Source: Macrostomum lignano (lineage: Eukaryota). Taken from it: a DNA stretch of 64,000 nt. Under the pieces are notes generated by a model. The model had not been told where the DNA came from, ran no database searches, and saw only the letters and a program-made list of their open reading frames with translations. The stretch is from positions 763,950 to 827,949 of the forward strand of contig NIVC01000102.1 in the NCBI GenBank assembly GCA_002269645.1. Reading direction: 5' to 3'. The position numbers were made by a program, and so were the translations under genes. Positions 53,847 to 64,000 of this stretch are shown in pieces; the first letter of the stretch is position 1, and the number at the start of each line of letters is the position of its first letter.

Positions 53847-56800
53847 TGTTGTGTCTTTAACCAACAAATAAAAGGCGGAGGTTTGATAGAAAAAAAAATG
53901 CAGCCGATTTTGGTCTGCTTGTAGCCTTAGTTCTGGCTATTTCTTATTCCTTTTATTTCCTATGGGCTGTTTGCCTCAGATCACATCCGAGGGCCTGTAC
54001 CCAAGGCGCCGTCAGCACCATAGACAGCTTCCCAGCTGCATACAAGCGTAGCATAAGCACATGTGAATTCGCACTTGTACAAAGCGTACAAATAGCAGAA
54101 CTTGTCCACAACACCTCCCTCCTTTTACAAAAAAGAACTGTCTAATCCCTTTAAGCACTCCATGGCTCTTAGCAGTTCATTCCTTGTAGTCAATTCTTGG
54201 TTTGGCTTGCAACCGCGAGCTTCGCCGCACTTCCGGTTGCTCTGCTGTCTGTGGGCGAGCCACATTCTTAGTGACACTGGGTGCTATAGCCTCAGGCGTC
54301 GTAGTCTCTGGCTCAACTTCAGTATCAGACACGCCTCCGGGTTCGCAGGGCCGCGCTTGCTCGTCTTGCCTTGGTCCAAGTCCTCTCATTGTGCACTCTG
54401 CAGTTTCCGGGTGGCTTCCTTCCAAACTGTCCAGCCTCTCTGTCTGATCCTCCGATGTTTTGCGTGGGCAGAACCTTTGCAGCTGATCCAAATGAGCTTT
54501 TTTAAATTTCTCTGGCCCAACCTTTATTATTGCTGTGTTGGACCCCTTCGGACAGACAAGCGTAGCCTCTTGTACTCGCTGACCCGCCCGGTAGACCAGG
54601 TTCTCCCCGGGTTTCCAGGTAACCTGTGTTGTCAGCAGCGGCGCTCGCAGCTTCCTGCCTACCAGTAGTTCAGCTGGAGATGCTCCACCTACGCCAACGG
54701 ATGCTCGGTAAAATAGCAAGTATCGATCAATGGCGGCTTGTGTCAGGCCGTTCGCTGGATCGCTTCCTTGATTGTGCGTACGAACCTCTCTGCTAGCCCG
54801 TTGCTTTGGGGATGGTAGGCGGGCGTAGTGATCGGGTTGCAGCCGACCCTTGTTAACCACTGGCGCGTCTCCTCGCTCACAAAGCTGGGGCCGTTGTCTG
54901 ACAGGAGCTGATTTGGGACACCTTGTTGTGCAAACGTCCGTCGGAAGCAGTTGACAACGGTAGTTGATGTCATGTCTTTCGTGAGGTGCACTTCTGGATA
55001 ACCGGAATAGGCGTCCACTAACACCAGTAGGTAGTGCCCGTCAATTGGACCGGCAAAGTCCACGTGGACTCTGGTCCATGGGCCCTCTGGCTTGGGCCAC
55101 GACGTGCAGAAGTTTCTGTTCCGTGGCTTTGATTTCCTGCAGACTTGGCATGTTCCCACACGTGACTCCACCATCTTGTCCATCCGAGGCCACCAGTAGT
55201 ATTCTCGTAGCAGAGATTTCGTGCGCGCAATCCCGAGGTGCACTCCATGGGCAGCGGCCAGTGCCTTCTCCCTTAATGTGATGGGAACCACCAACTTGGT
55301 TCCACGAATGATCGCGCCATCCTGCACTGTCAACTCATCCGCAATTGGCTTGTAGGATCGGATGTCGGAGTCATTGAATTGCCCAGTTCCAATGGCATGT
55401 GTGAGCTTCCTCAGTTCAGGACACTCCTGAGTGTGAACGATAACCTCCTGCAGGCTCAAGAGACTGCGTTCACTCAGTGGGACCCGTCCGACATGATGAG
55501 TAGACACTGCTGCAGTTGGAGCAACTAATCTCGACAGCGAATCAGATTTCATTTCGGCCGACTTCCTGTACGTGATGACGTAACTGTACCCTGAGAGAGT
55601 GATGGCCCATCTCTGTAATCTTGCAGATACTCTTTCAGGTAGTTTACTGTTTTGGCCAAATATATAGGTAAGCGGTCGATGATCTGTGACTAATGTGAAC
55701 TCTCGTCCAAACAGGAACCGGTGGCAGCGCCGCACTGACCAAACTATTGCCAATGCCTCTCTTTCAATTTGAGAGTACTTTCTTTCGGCCGCTGACAAAA
55801 TCTTGCTGATGAAGATGATTGGCACTCCATCCTGGCTGAGGACACCCCCAATCGCAACTTGTGAAGCGTCACACTCTAGTTCGAGCGGTTTGCCGGGATC
55901 GTAGGACATCAGCATCGTCTTTTGAGTTAGAGACGCCTTGATCTTCTGAAAAGCTGCTTCTTGGACGCTGGTCCACACAAACTCGCAATTCTTGCGCCTC
56001 AGAGTCGACAGCGGTTCAACCAGGTCGGCCAGATTCCTGATGAATCGTCCACAGAAGTTCACTAGCCCAGAAAGGACTCCAATTCGGCAATGTTCTTGGG
56101 AGCCGTCATCTCCTGAATTGCCCTTACTTTCTCTGCGTCCGGCTTGATTGTCCCGGACTCCAGAATGAAACCAAGAAATCTGACTCGGCTCTTTGCCACC
56201 TGGCACTTCGCTTCATTAATCTTGAGGTGATGGCGTGTTAGCCTATCCCTAACAGCTGCCTCTCGCTGTCTGAGCTCGTCTCTGGTTCGGCCGCCGATGA
56301 GTATGTCGTCAACATAAGCGACAGAGCCCGTGATGCCCTGGATTACGTCGCTGATGAAGCGTTGGAAAATGCTCGGTGCCGTCTTGATGCCAAAGACAAG
56401 CCGATTATAGCGAAAATTCCCCAAAGGAGTAGCCATGACCGTTAACTCTTTCGACGGTTCGTCAAGTTCTATTTGATTATAAGCCTTCTTAAGATCTTAA
56501 ATCGTATACAGCTTGCACCCTGAAACAGCCGAGAATGCTTCCTCCGGCGTTGGAGACGGGTAACTGTCATCGACGAGTTGTGGATTAACTGTCTGTTTAT
56601 AGTCTACGCATAACCGAAGAGTTTTGTCTGGCTTTTGGATGAGTACGATCGGCGATGCCCAACTAGAGAACTGGACCGGCTCGATGATCCCTTCTTTTAG
56701 CAATTCATCGATCTCTGCCTTGAGCTTCTCTTTTAGCGCAAATGGCACGGGACGGGCTTTAATGTACTTTGGCCTGGCATCTATTTTTAGCTCTAGATGT

Positions 56801-58545
56801 GCCTTAAATCTGCTCGTTGTTTCCACTAGTGACTTTTGGTCAACTTGGCGCACCTGGTTGTGTCCAATGGAGATTGCTTCGAGATCCACGTGCACCACGT
56901 CTCTTCCAAGCAGAGCAAACATTCTGTTTGAAGACACGACATGAAATAAGACAACAAACTTTTGGTTGTTCCACACAGCTTGGATCTTGAGCTGGCCCAA
57001 CAGGTCAAACCGGTGGCTGTCCGTATACCCGATCAAGACTGCTGTACTGGGCTGCAGTAGAGGTTCTCCCAGCTGCTTCCACAACCTGCTGGACATCACC
57101 GACACTGTGGCTCCAGTGTCAAGCTGGCATTCAATCATCTGATCTCGGCCGTTGACCAAGCACTCCAACGGGATAGTCGGAAAAGATCCATTTCTGGTCG
57201 AAGTAGAGTGTACAACTGCCAGAACGTCATCCGATTGAGCATCTTTTGTCTGTGACACGAAGTGTTGTCCTTCGCCTTTCGACTTACATTGCCTCTCGAA
57301 GTGGTTTGACTTTCCACATTTCCGACAGGTCTTTCCCTTTGCTGGACACTCGGTCTTATTTTTGTGCATTCCGCCACATCTTGAGCATCTGATATTCGCT
57401 GTGGAATTGGCCTGAATGCCAAGCTTCCTGTCTGCCGGCCGTGCCGGTCTCGACGGAGCCTTGGTGTGAAACTTCCGTCCCACCTTCATGACACTTTCAG
57501 TGCGCGGACCTGTTGCGGACTGCATGATTTGCGTGTCCTTCAATGCCGACATTGCCTCCGCTTCCGCCACAGCTACTTTAAAAGTCAGCGCCTTGTGGTC
57601 CCTTACCAGTAGTTTAGCTATTGTCGCCTTGTCGTTTAACCCACAAATAAATTGGTCTCGGAGACGCTCTTCGCGATCAGCAAACATACACTTGTCCGAT
57701 GCTTTAAGCAGCCGCTCCGCGAACGCTCTGACGGACTCGGACGTCTCGCGCCTCAGATTCTGAAATGTGTAACGTTCAGCCAACGCATAGGTCTGCGGAA
57801 GAAGAATCTCCTGAAGCGCAGTCTTCAGTTCTTCAAACGACCTTGAGCTTGGGACGTCCGGCGACAGGCGGTCTGCTAATACATCATATAGTGATGGCGC
57901 CAAGCGCATTAGCAGAACCTGAGCCATGTCCTCATCTGACCAACAGTAGAAGCGAGCAGCAACGGTGAAGCGGTCTAGCCAACGCTCGAACATCTTGCCG
58001 TCCTCAAGCTTCTTGATTTCAGCCATGTTGGTCATTGAGCGGCAGTTGGACAAGCCTTCGAATGGCTGATATCCACGACTTTGAAATGTCGAACCGAATC
58101 CCAGCAATGGCATCTTTGACGTAGCTCTAGGTGATTTGGTGGTCGACTTTGCAGGTGACTTAGCGGGCGACTTTGCAGGTGACTTGGTAGGCGATTTCAC
58201 AGGTAACTTAGCTGGTGACTTATCGTCCAATGGGAGTTTCCCTGTGTTCTTGGACATATCGAGCTGTGCGACGCCAATTGTTGTGTCTTTAACCAACAAA
58301 TAAAAGGCGGAGGTTTGATAGAAAATAAAATGCAGCCGATTTTGGTCTGCTTGTAGCCTTAGTTCTGGCTATTTCTTATTCCTTTTATTTCCTATGGGCT
58401 GTTTGCCTCAGATCACATCCGAGGGCCTGTACCCAAGGCGCCGTCAGCACCATAGACAGCTTCCCAGCTGCATACAAGCGTAGCATAAGCACATGTGAAT
58501 TCGCACTTGTACAAAGCGTACAAATAGCAGAACTTGTCCACAACA
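53847..58545 (-). mobile_element. Full-length Gypsy (Mag-like) LTR retrotransposon, 4699 bp; LTRs 53847-54113 and 58279-58545; TSD TTTTC
   Basis: 267-bp LTRs with TGTTGTG...CACAACA termini and one mismatch by eye; 5-bp TSD at 53842-53846 and 58546-58550; PBS-like TGGCGTCGC inside the 5' LTR; PPT AAAAGGAGGGAGG. Confidence 0.97.
54177..58257 (-). pseudogene. gag-pol polyprotein (Gag, double CCHC knuckle, protease, RT, RNase H, integrase) with one nonsense codon and two frameshifts
   Basis: FICGL; CSRCG..H..CPAKGKTCRKCGKSNHF..C; LDTGA; YVDD; ECDAS; YSQIERE; H..H..C..C zinc finger; HVDFAGP, SDNGP and SNGLAERF. Lesions at ~56498 (TAA), ~56065 and ~54755. Confidence 0.92.
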
Positions 58546-59421
58546 TTTTCTATCTGACCTTTATGGCTAAAGTAGTTTTCCAACCTCTGAGCAAAACAAA
58601 AACCTAAAAATTATAGTATAGATTCATTATGGTTAAATATAATTCAACTTTCTAATTATTTTAGTGAAATATCAAATCATTCACATGTATTTTGCATTTA
58701 TCCATTAAAGATTTTTTCAAATTGCAAGTTAAAAAAATATAGGTATAAATTAAATTAGGTAATATTTTTAATGATAGCAAAATCATGCCTATGCAATATA
58801 CGGCCAAGCCAATATAGCAAGGTGAGAAGATGGCCAAGGCAGATATATCTTATAAAAGTAATCAACTAAATACCAAAACTTATGAGAGAGATATATAGGA
58901 CAAAGAAATAAAATGAATAAAACAATAGAAAACATACAAGTAAAAGAAAAAGAGAAAATTTATATCAGTGATTAAAAAATAAAAAGAGAGATGAACCATC
59001 TAAATATACTAAATCTCTAAGGTTTGTATGTTTGTTAAATACTTAAAGCCAAAGAAAGCTATTGATATAGGCCCTTTAACAATACAAGTATATTGCATTT
59101 TTTGTAGAAAAACTATTGCACTGGCTAGGCAAAATTCAAAGTTAGTTGATTGTGAAAGAAAACTAGGAAGTAATAAAAATCACACAAATATTAGTAATGC
59201 AAGATTGAAACATTTCTATAATATAGAAATTAAGTATAGTTAACTCTGGATTCAATTTTAAAGCCTAAGGTATAAAACTTTATTATTAAGCATTTTTACT
59301 GTTTACAATGCTAATGAAGTTCACAATTTTGTATTGAATTTTTCTGTTGCATGAACCAATTCACCACAAAGTTACTTTTAAAAGAGTCCCTAACAAGAAG
59401 ACAGCAAAAAATGCTTCCAAT

Positions 59422-59923
59422 ATGAGTCAGCGGCTGTCAGCATTCGGCATAGTCAGCACACTGGTTCTGATGGTGGCGCTTGCCGCGGCTTCGCAGTCCC
59501 GGCCTGCCTACTACCTCGCCAGCCAATCGCAGCCCGCGAATCCCGCCGAGTCCTCGCTGGACGATGGAACAGCCGCTGTCGCCGCCTGCAGGTTCGCGGT
59601 TGATGCCCGCGTCTGCCGGCTGGATGCCGCCTCCTTGGAGGCGCTGCGCCGCCTGCACGCTGCCCTGGACGACGACAAAGATGGCAGCGTTGATGCCGCC
59701 GAGCTGGACGGCTTCGCCAGAGAGGAGCTCAGTCAGGTGCACAGCTTCGAGCGGGTGTACAGCGGCTCCAATGCTGCCGGGCAGAGCCCCGCCGACACCG
59801 CCGCGGCTGCTGCTTTTGGTAGCAGAAAAGGCGGCGGCGGGAAAGGCAACGCCTTGGACCTTTGGCGGGCCTGGCGGGCGTCAGAGGTGCACAACTGGAC
59901 TGTTGAGGAGGTAGGGCTATCTG

Positions 59924-59976
<53 letters not shown>

Positions 59977-60969
59977 GCCCACCCACCCCACCCACCCGCA
60001 GGTGTGCAGCTGGCTCTCAGCCCACGCCTCCCTGGGCCAGCTGGTGCCCCTGGCCAGAGAGCTCGGCATTGACGGGCCGCACCTGCCGCTGCTCACAGAG
60101 CTCAGCCCGCACCCCTCCGTGGCCCCGCTGGCGCAGGCGCTCAGCCCTACGGAGAAGCGGAAGCTGACGATCAGGGCGACCGACCTGGTGCTGTTCGGGC
60201 CGCCGGGGAGTGAGTGGCTGCTGCTGGGTTATCCTTGGCACTGTGTCTCTTTGTAGGGCTTCTTGTTCATTGCATGTATTTTGTCACATCTTCAGTCCCA
60301 GTCCGAGTCCCAGTCCCATTTCCATTCCGAGTCCCAGTCCGAGTCCCAGTCCCACTCCCAGCCCCAGCTCACTCAGCAGCCCCCTTGCAATCCCCAGGAG
60401 CGCACAACCCCCTGAAAGACTTCCTGACGGTGCTGTGCCTGCTGGCCAGTCTGGGCGGTGCCTGGACAGTGTGGGCGCAGCTGCGGCTGACAGACCGGCA
60501 GCGAAGGCGGGTGTTTGCGGAGCTGGACAGCCTCCACCATGCCGAGAGGTCGCTGGGAGACCTGCAGGAGAAGTGAGCTCACGACACATTTTCAATGCTG
60601 CTTTCAGTGATTTAAGTGCTGGCCTTTTGCTAGCTCTGCTTTGGCTTGCTTTTGGTGGGCAGGGCTGCCTGATATGCGCAGTTGCAGACTGTGAATGTCG
60701 GCGCTTTAGACCAGTTTTAGCGAACTGGGGCTGCGGGTGCTCAGGTGTTGTTGAGAGCTGGGGGTGATTGAGTACTGTATGGAATTTGTGTTGACATTCT
60801 AGAACTGCGGTTGTTTACCTGGAGTAAAGCTGCGAGTTGCTATGCTGACTTACAGGTTGAATGTGTATGCGTAGCTTGCTTAGCATTTTTTGGTTCAATA
60901 TGCTCGTTATTAGAAATTTGCGTAATTAAGAGCATAATAGGACAGACAGACAGACAAAACAAACACACT

Positions 60970-61024
<55 letters not shown>

Positions 61025-61045
61025 CAGACTGACAGACAGACAGGC

Positions 61046-61076
<31 letters not shown>

Positions 61077-61189
61077 TAGGCACACAGACAGACAGACAGA
61101 CAGACAGACAGAGACACAGACAGACAGACAGAGAGACAGACAGAGAAACAGACAGACAGGCAGGCAGACAGACAGATAGACAGACGGGC

Positions 61190-61232
<43 letters not shown>

Positions 61233-64000
61233 TAGACAGATGAAGTCTCCAATTCCTGTCAAACTGCCCACATCAGGCTCAGCAGATCTGAGCAACAGCG
61301 AGAGCTCGACAGAGCGGAGCGACTTCGCCTCCAGGATGTTTATCAGAAAGAGATCGACAGTCTGAAGGTGAGTCTTTGAGCTGGTAGATCTCTGAAATGA
61401 TCGTTAGTCCCACACCAAAGTGAGTCACTCCCACACCGCTGTGAGTCACTCCCACACTGCAGTGAGTCACTCCCATACCGCAGTGAGTCACTCTCACACC
61501 CCAGTGAGTCACTCCCACACCGCAGTGAGTCACTCCCACACCGCAGTGAGTCACTCCCACACTGCAGTGAGTCACTCCCACACCCCAGTGAGTCACTCCC
61601 ACACCGCAGTGAGTCGCTCCCACACTGCAGTGAGTCACTCCCACACCGCAGTGAGTCACTCCCACACGGCAGTGAGTCACTCCCACACGGCAGTGAGTCA
61701 CTCCCATACCGCAGTGAGTCACTCTCACACGGCAGTGAGTCACTCCCACACCGCAGTGAGTCACTCCCACACTGCAGTGAGTCACTCCCATACCGCAGTG
61801 AGTCACTCCCACACGGCAGTGAGTCACTCCCACACCGCAGTGAGTCGCTCCCACACTGCAGTGAGTCACTCCCACACCGCAGTGAGTCACTCCCACACGG
61901 CAGTGAGTCACTCCCACACCGCAGTGAGTCACTCCCACACTGCAGTGAGTCACTCCCATACCGCAGTGAGTCACTCCCACACCGCAGGCAGAGGCCGGGC
62001 GGCTCTCGAGTCAGCGGCTGAACACCACGGAAACAGATATGGCAGAAAAGCTTCGTCTTGCAGAGCAGGAGGTCTGCCAGCTCAGAGCCGCTCTGGAAAC
62101 TGAGTCCCAGCGAAGACCCGCAGCCGCTGCGGTGTCACCGGAGCTGTGGACTCTGCTGCAGCTGACCTGGGAGAGTGAGCTCAGGTACTGCCGGCAGAAC
62201 TGGCAGCAGGCTGAGCTGAGACTGGCCAAAGCATCTGAAGGGGTGAGAGCTGCTGTCTTGTTCAGGATTTTCTGCTCTGCGGCTTCCAACTGCTCATTTG
62301 CTATCCTCTTTCAGCTGGAGCGGCTGAGACGGAAGCAGAACTCAGCGATTGGCGTACTCAGGGGCGCCTTCAATTCTGCCGAGATGGTTGGCACCTTTGA
62401 GATGAGCATTGCTGAGGCCAAGTGAGTTTCTGTACTGATTGATGCCCCAGCTTAGCACCCCTGAAAAGAGTGATTGCAATCAACTCACTAGTGACTTTAT
62501 CGACTCTTGTGAATTTGTATCACGTGAGCTCCAGAATCTTAAGAGTCTTTGTGTTAGCGCTTAACTTTCTACTAACTCAAGTAGACTGAATCGAGTTATA
62601 AATTGTTATAAATGCAAAATGTGATTCTAATTTATAAAGTGACGCAAACTCAGTGATTTTACGACTCCAGCACGCCTCAAAAATACGATTCTACGGCCTC
62701 AGTGTCATTATATAAGCGCCCCAGAGTCGCTTCAGAGTCGCAGATTGATACTTAGGCGACTATCTGAGGTACCGTGACATCTCGTCGTCTGGAGTCACTT
62801 CTTTCCTGTTTTACCTGTGTTACCTGCAGCCACTCTGAAACGACTCTGGGGCCACGCAAGTGACTCTGGAGCGCTTCTTAGCCTGGGTACCGTTTTCATC
62901 GGGTCCAATAATCGCCCCAGTTCAGCCCCAGTTCAGCCCCAGCTCAGCCCCAATGACCCCAGCTCAGCCCCAATGACCCCATCTCAGCCCCAATGACCTC
63001 AGCTCAGCCTCAATGACCCCAGCTCAGCCCCAGTTCAGCCCCGATGACCCCATCTCAGCCCCAATGACCCCATCTCAGCCCCAATGACCTCAGCTCAGCC
63101 CCAATGACCCCAGCTCAGCCCCAATGACCCCATCTCAGCCCCAATGACCTCAGCTCAGCCTCAATGACCCCAGCTCAGCCCCAATGACCCCAGCTCAGCC
63201 CCAATGACCCCAGCTCAGCCCCAATGACACCAGATCAGCCCCAATGACACCAGCTCAGCCCCAATGACCCCATCTCAGCCCCAATGACACCAGCTCAGCC
63301 CCAATGACCCCATCTCAGCTCCAATGACCTCAGCTCAGCCTCAATGACCCCAGCTCAGCCCCAATGACCCCAGCTCAGCCCCAATGACCCCAGCTCAGCC
63401 CCAATGACACCAGCTCAGCCCCAATGGCCCCAGCTCAGCCCCAATGACCCCAGCTCAGCCCCAATGACCCCATCTCAGCCCCAATGACCTCAGCTCAGCC
63501 TCAATGACCCCAGCTCAGCCCCAGTTCAGCCCCGATGACCCCATCTCAGCCCCAATGACCCCATCTCAGCCCCAATGACCTCAGCTCAGCCCCAATGACC
63601 CCAGCTCAGCCCCAATGACCCCATCTCAGCCCCAATGACCTCAGCTCAGCCTCAATGACCCCAGCTCAGCCCCAATGACCCCAGCTCAGCCCCAATGACC
63701 CCAGCTCAGCCCCAATGACACCAGATCAGCCCCAATGACACCAGCTCAGCCCCAATGACCCCTAAGCCGGCTCCGCACTCCGCAGGGAATTCGCCGACAA
63801 AGTCAAGCTTGACGTCTCCGAGCGGATGCAGCGCTGGGCCCGCATCGAGGAGCTGCTGGGCGTCGAGATGCAGCAGCCATCGCGAGGCGTCGCGGTGACG
63901 CAGCGAGCCGCCGAGGCGCCGCAGTCGGCGGTCAGCGCTGCCGCCACGGCTGTTGGCGGCGCCGTTCTGAGGCACAGAGGTGCGGAGTTGCTGGGTATTT
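59422..64000 (+). CDS. STIM: STIM (stromal interaction molecule), running off the window; exons 59422-59910, 60002-60209, 60398-60572, 61277-61367, 61988-62242, 62315-62421, 63786-end
   Basis: Signal peptide; EF-hand [12 protein letters not shown]; SAM domain [18 protein letters not shown]...[14 protein letters not shown]; TM after HNPLKDF; coiled coil [17 protein letters not shown]; CAD/SOAR ending [14 protein letters not shown]. All splice phases (0,1,2,0,0,2) are consistent. Confidence 0.95.
59921..59998. repeat. (GTCT)n plus (CCCA)n filling STIM intron 1
   Basis: Direct observation. Confidence 0.9.
60291..60365. repeat. 6/12-bp repeat (CCCAGTCCGAGT) in STIM intron 2
   Basis: Direct observation. 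Confidence 0.8.
60940..61240. repeat. (GACA)n microsatellite in STIM intron 3
   Basis: Direct observation. Confidence 0.95.
61418..61987. repeat. 21-bp minisatellite (GCAGTGAGTCACTCCCACACC), ~27 copies, in STIM intron 4
   Basis: Period-21 array; its last unit supplies the 3' splice acceptor. Confidence 0.96.
62520..62898 (+). mobile_element. Unclassified interspersed repeat, shared with 32795-33208
   Basis: Same conserved blocks as the copy in PIGW(+) intron 2. Confidence 0.65.
62912..63762. repeat. 20-bp minisatellite (CCCAGCTCAGCCCCAATGAC), ~42 copies, in STIM intron 6
   Basis: Period-20 array ending ~24 bp before the acceptor at 63785. Confidence 0.96.

Noticed and set aside
59347-59421. 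N-terminal extension of STIM, and likewise 28859-28987 for lectin copy 2
   Set aside because: Non-ATG ORF-track starts; the downstream ATGs give proper signal peptides and align with homologues.

Overview
Eukaryotic (metazoan) genomic DNA with spliced GC-rich genes, satellite-filled introns and many transposon relics. The style resembles free-living flatworms such as Macrostomum (inference only). Genes supported from the sequence: a two-exon caspase (+, 1069-2587); a three-exon gene on the minus strand (12500-6318); two divergent PIG-W/GWT1 paralogues (a 5'-truncated minus copy at 14307-16265 and a complete plus copy at 31183-36503); two intact secreted PAN+C-type lectin genes plus a third broken copy carrying an RTE LINE; an ankyrin-repeat TRP channel (40924-45247); a frameshifted F-type lectin fragment; and STIM (59422 to window end). 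The minus-strand gene is the top finding: manual splicing joins three ORF-track entries in frame into one ~1860-aa protein with about 28 Cys-rich 33-aa ankyrin-like repeats, canonical ankyrins, a cGAS-like (Mab-21/cGLR) nucleotidyltransferase with an intact acidic triad, and a helical tail. Mobile DNA includes a very young Mag-like Gypsy element with near-identical LTRs and a KSPA-repeat Gag tail, a Gypsy remnant, an RTE, Tc1 and mariner relics, a Helitron helicase scrap, tRNA-derived SINEs and several foldback elements. All calls are by-eye motif recognition and manual splice-phase checks; no database searches were run.
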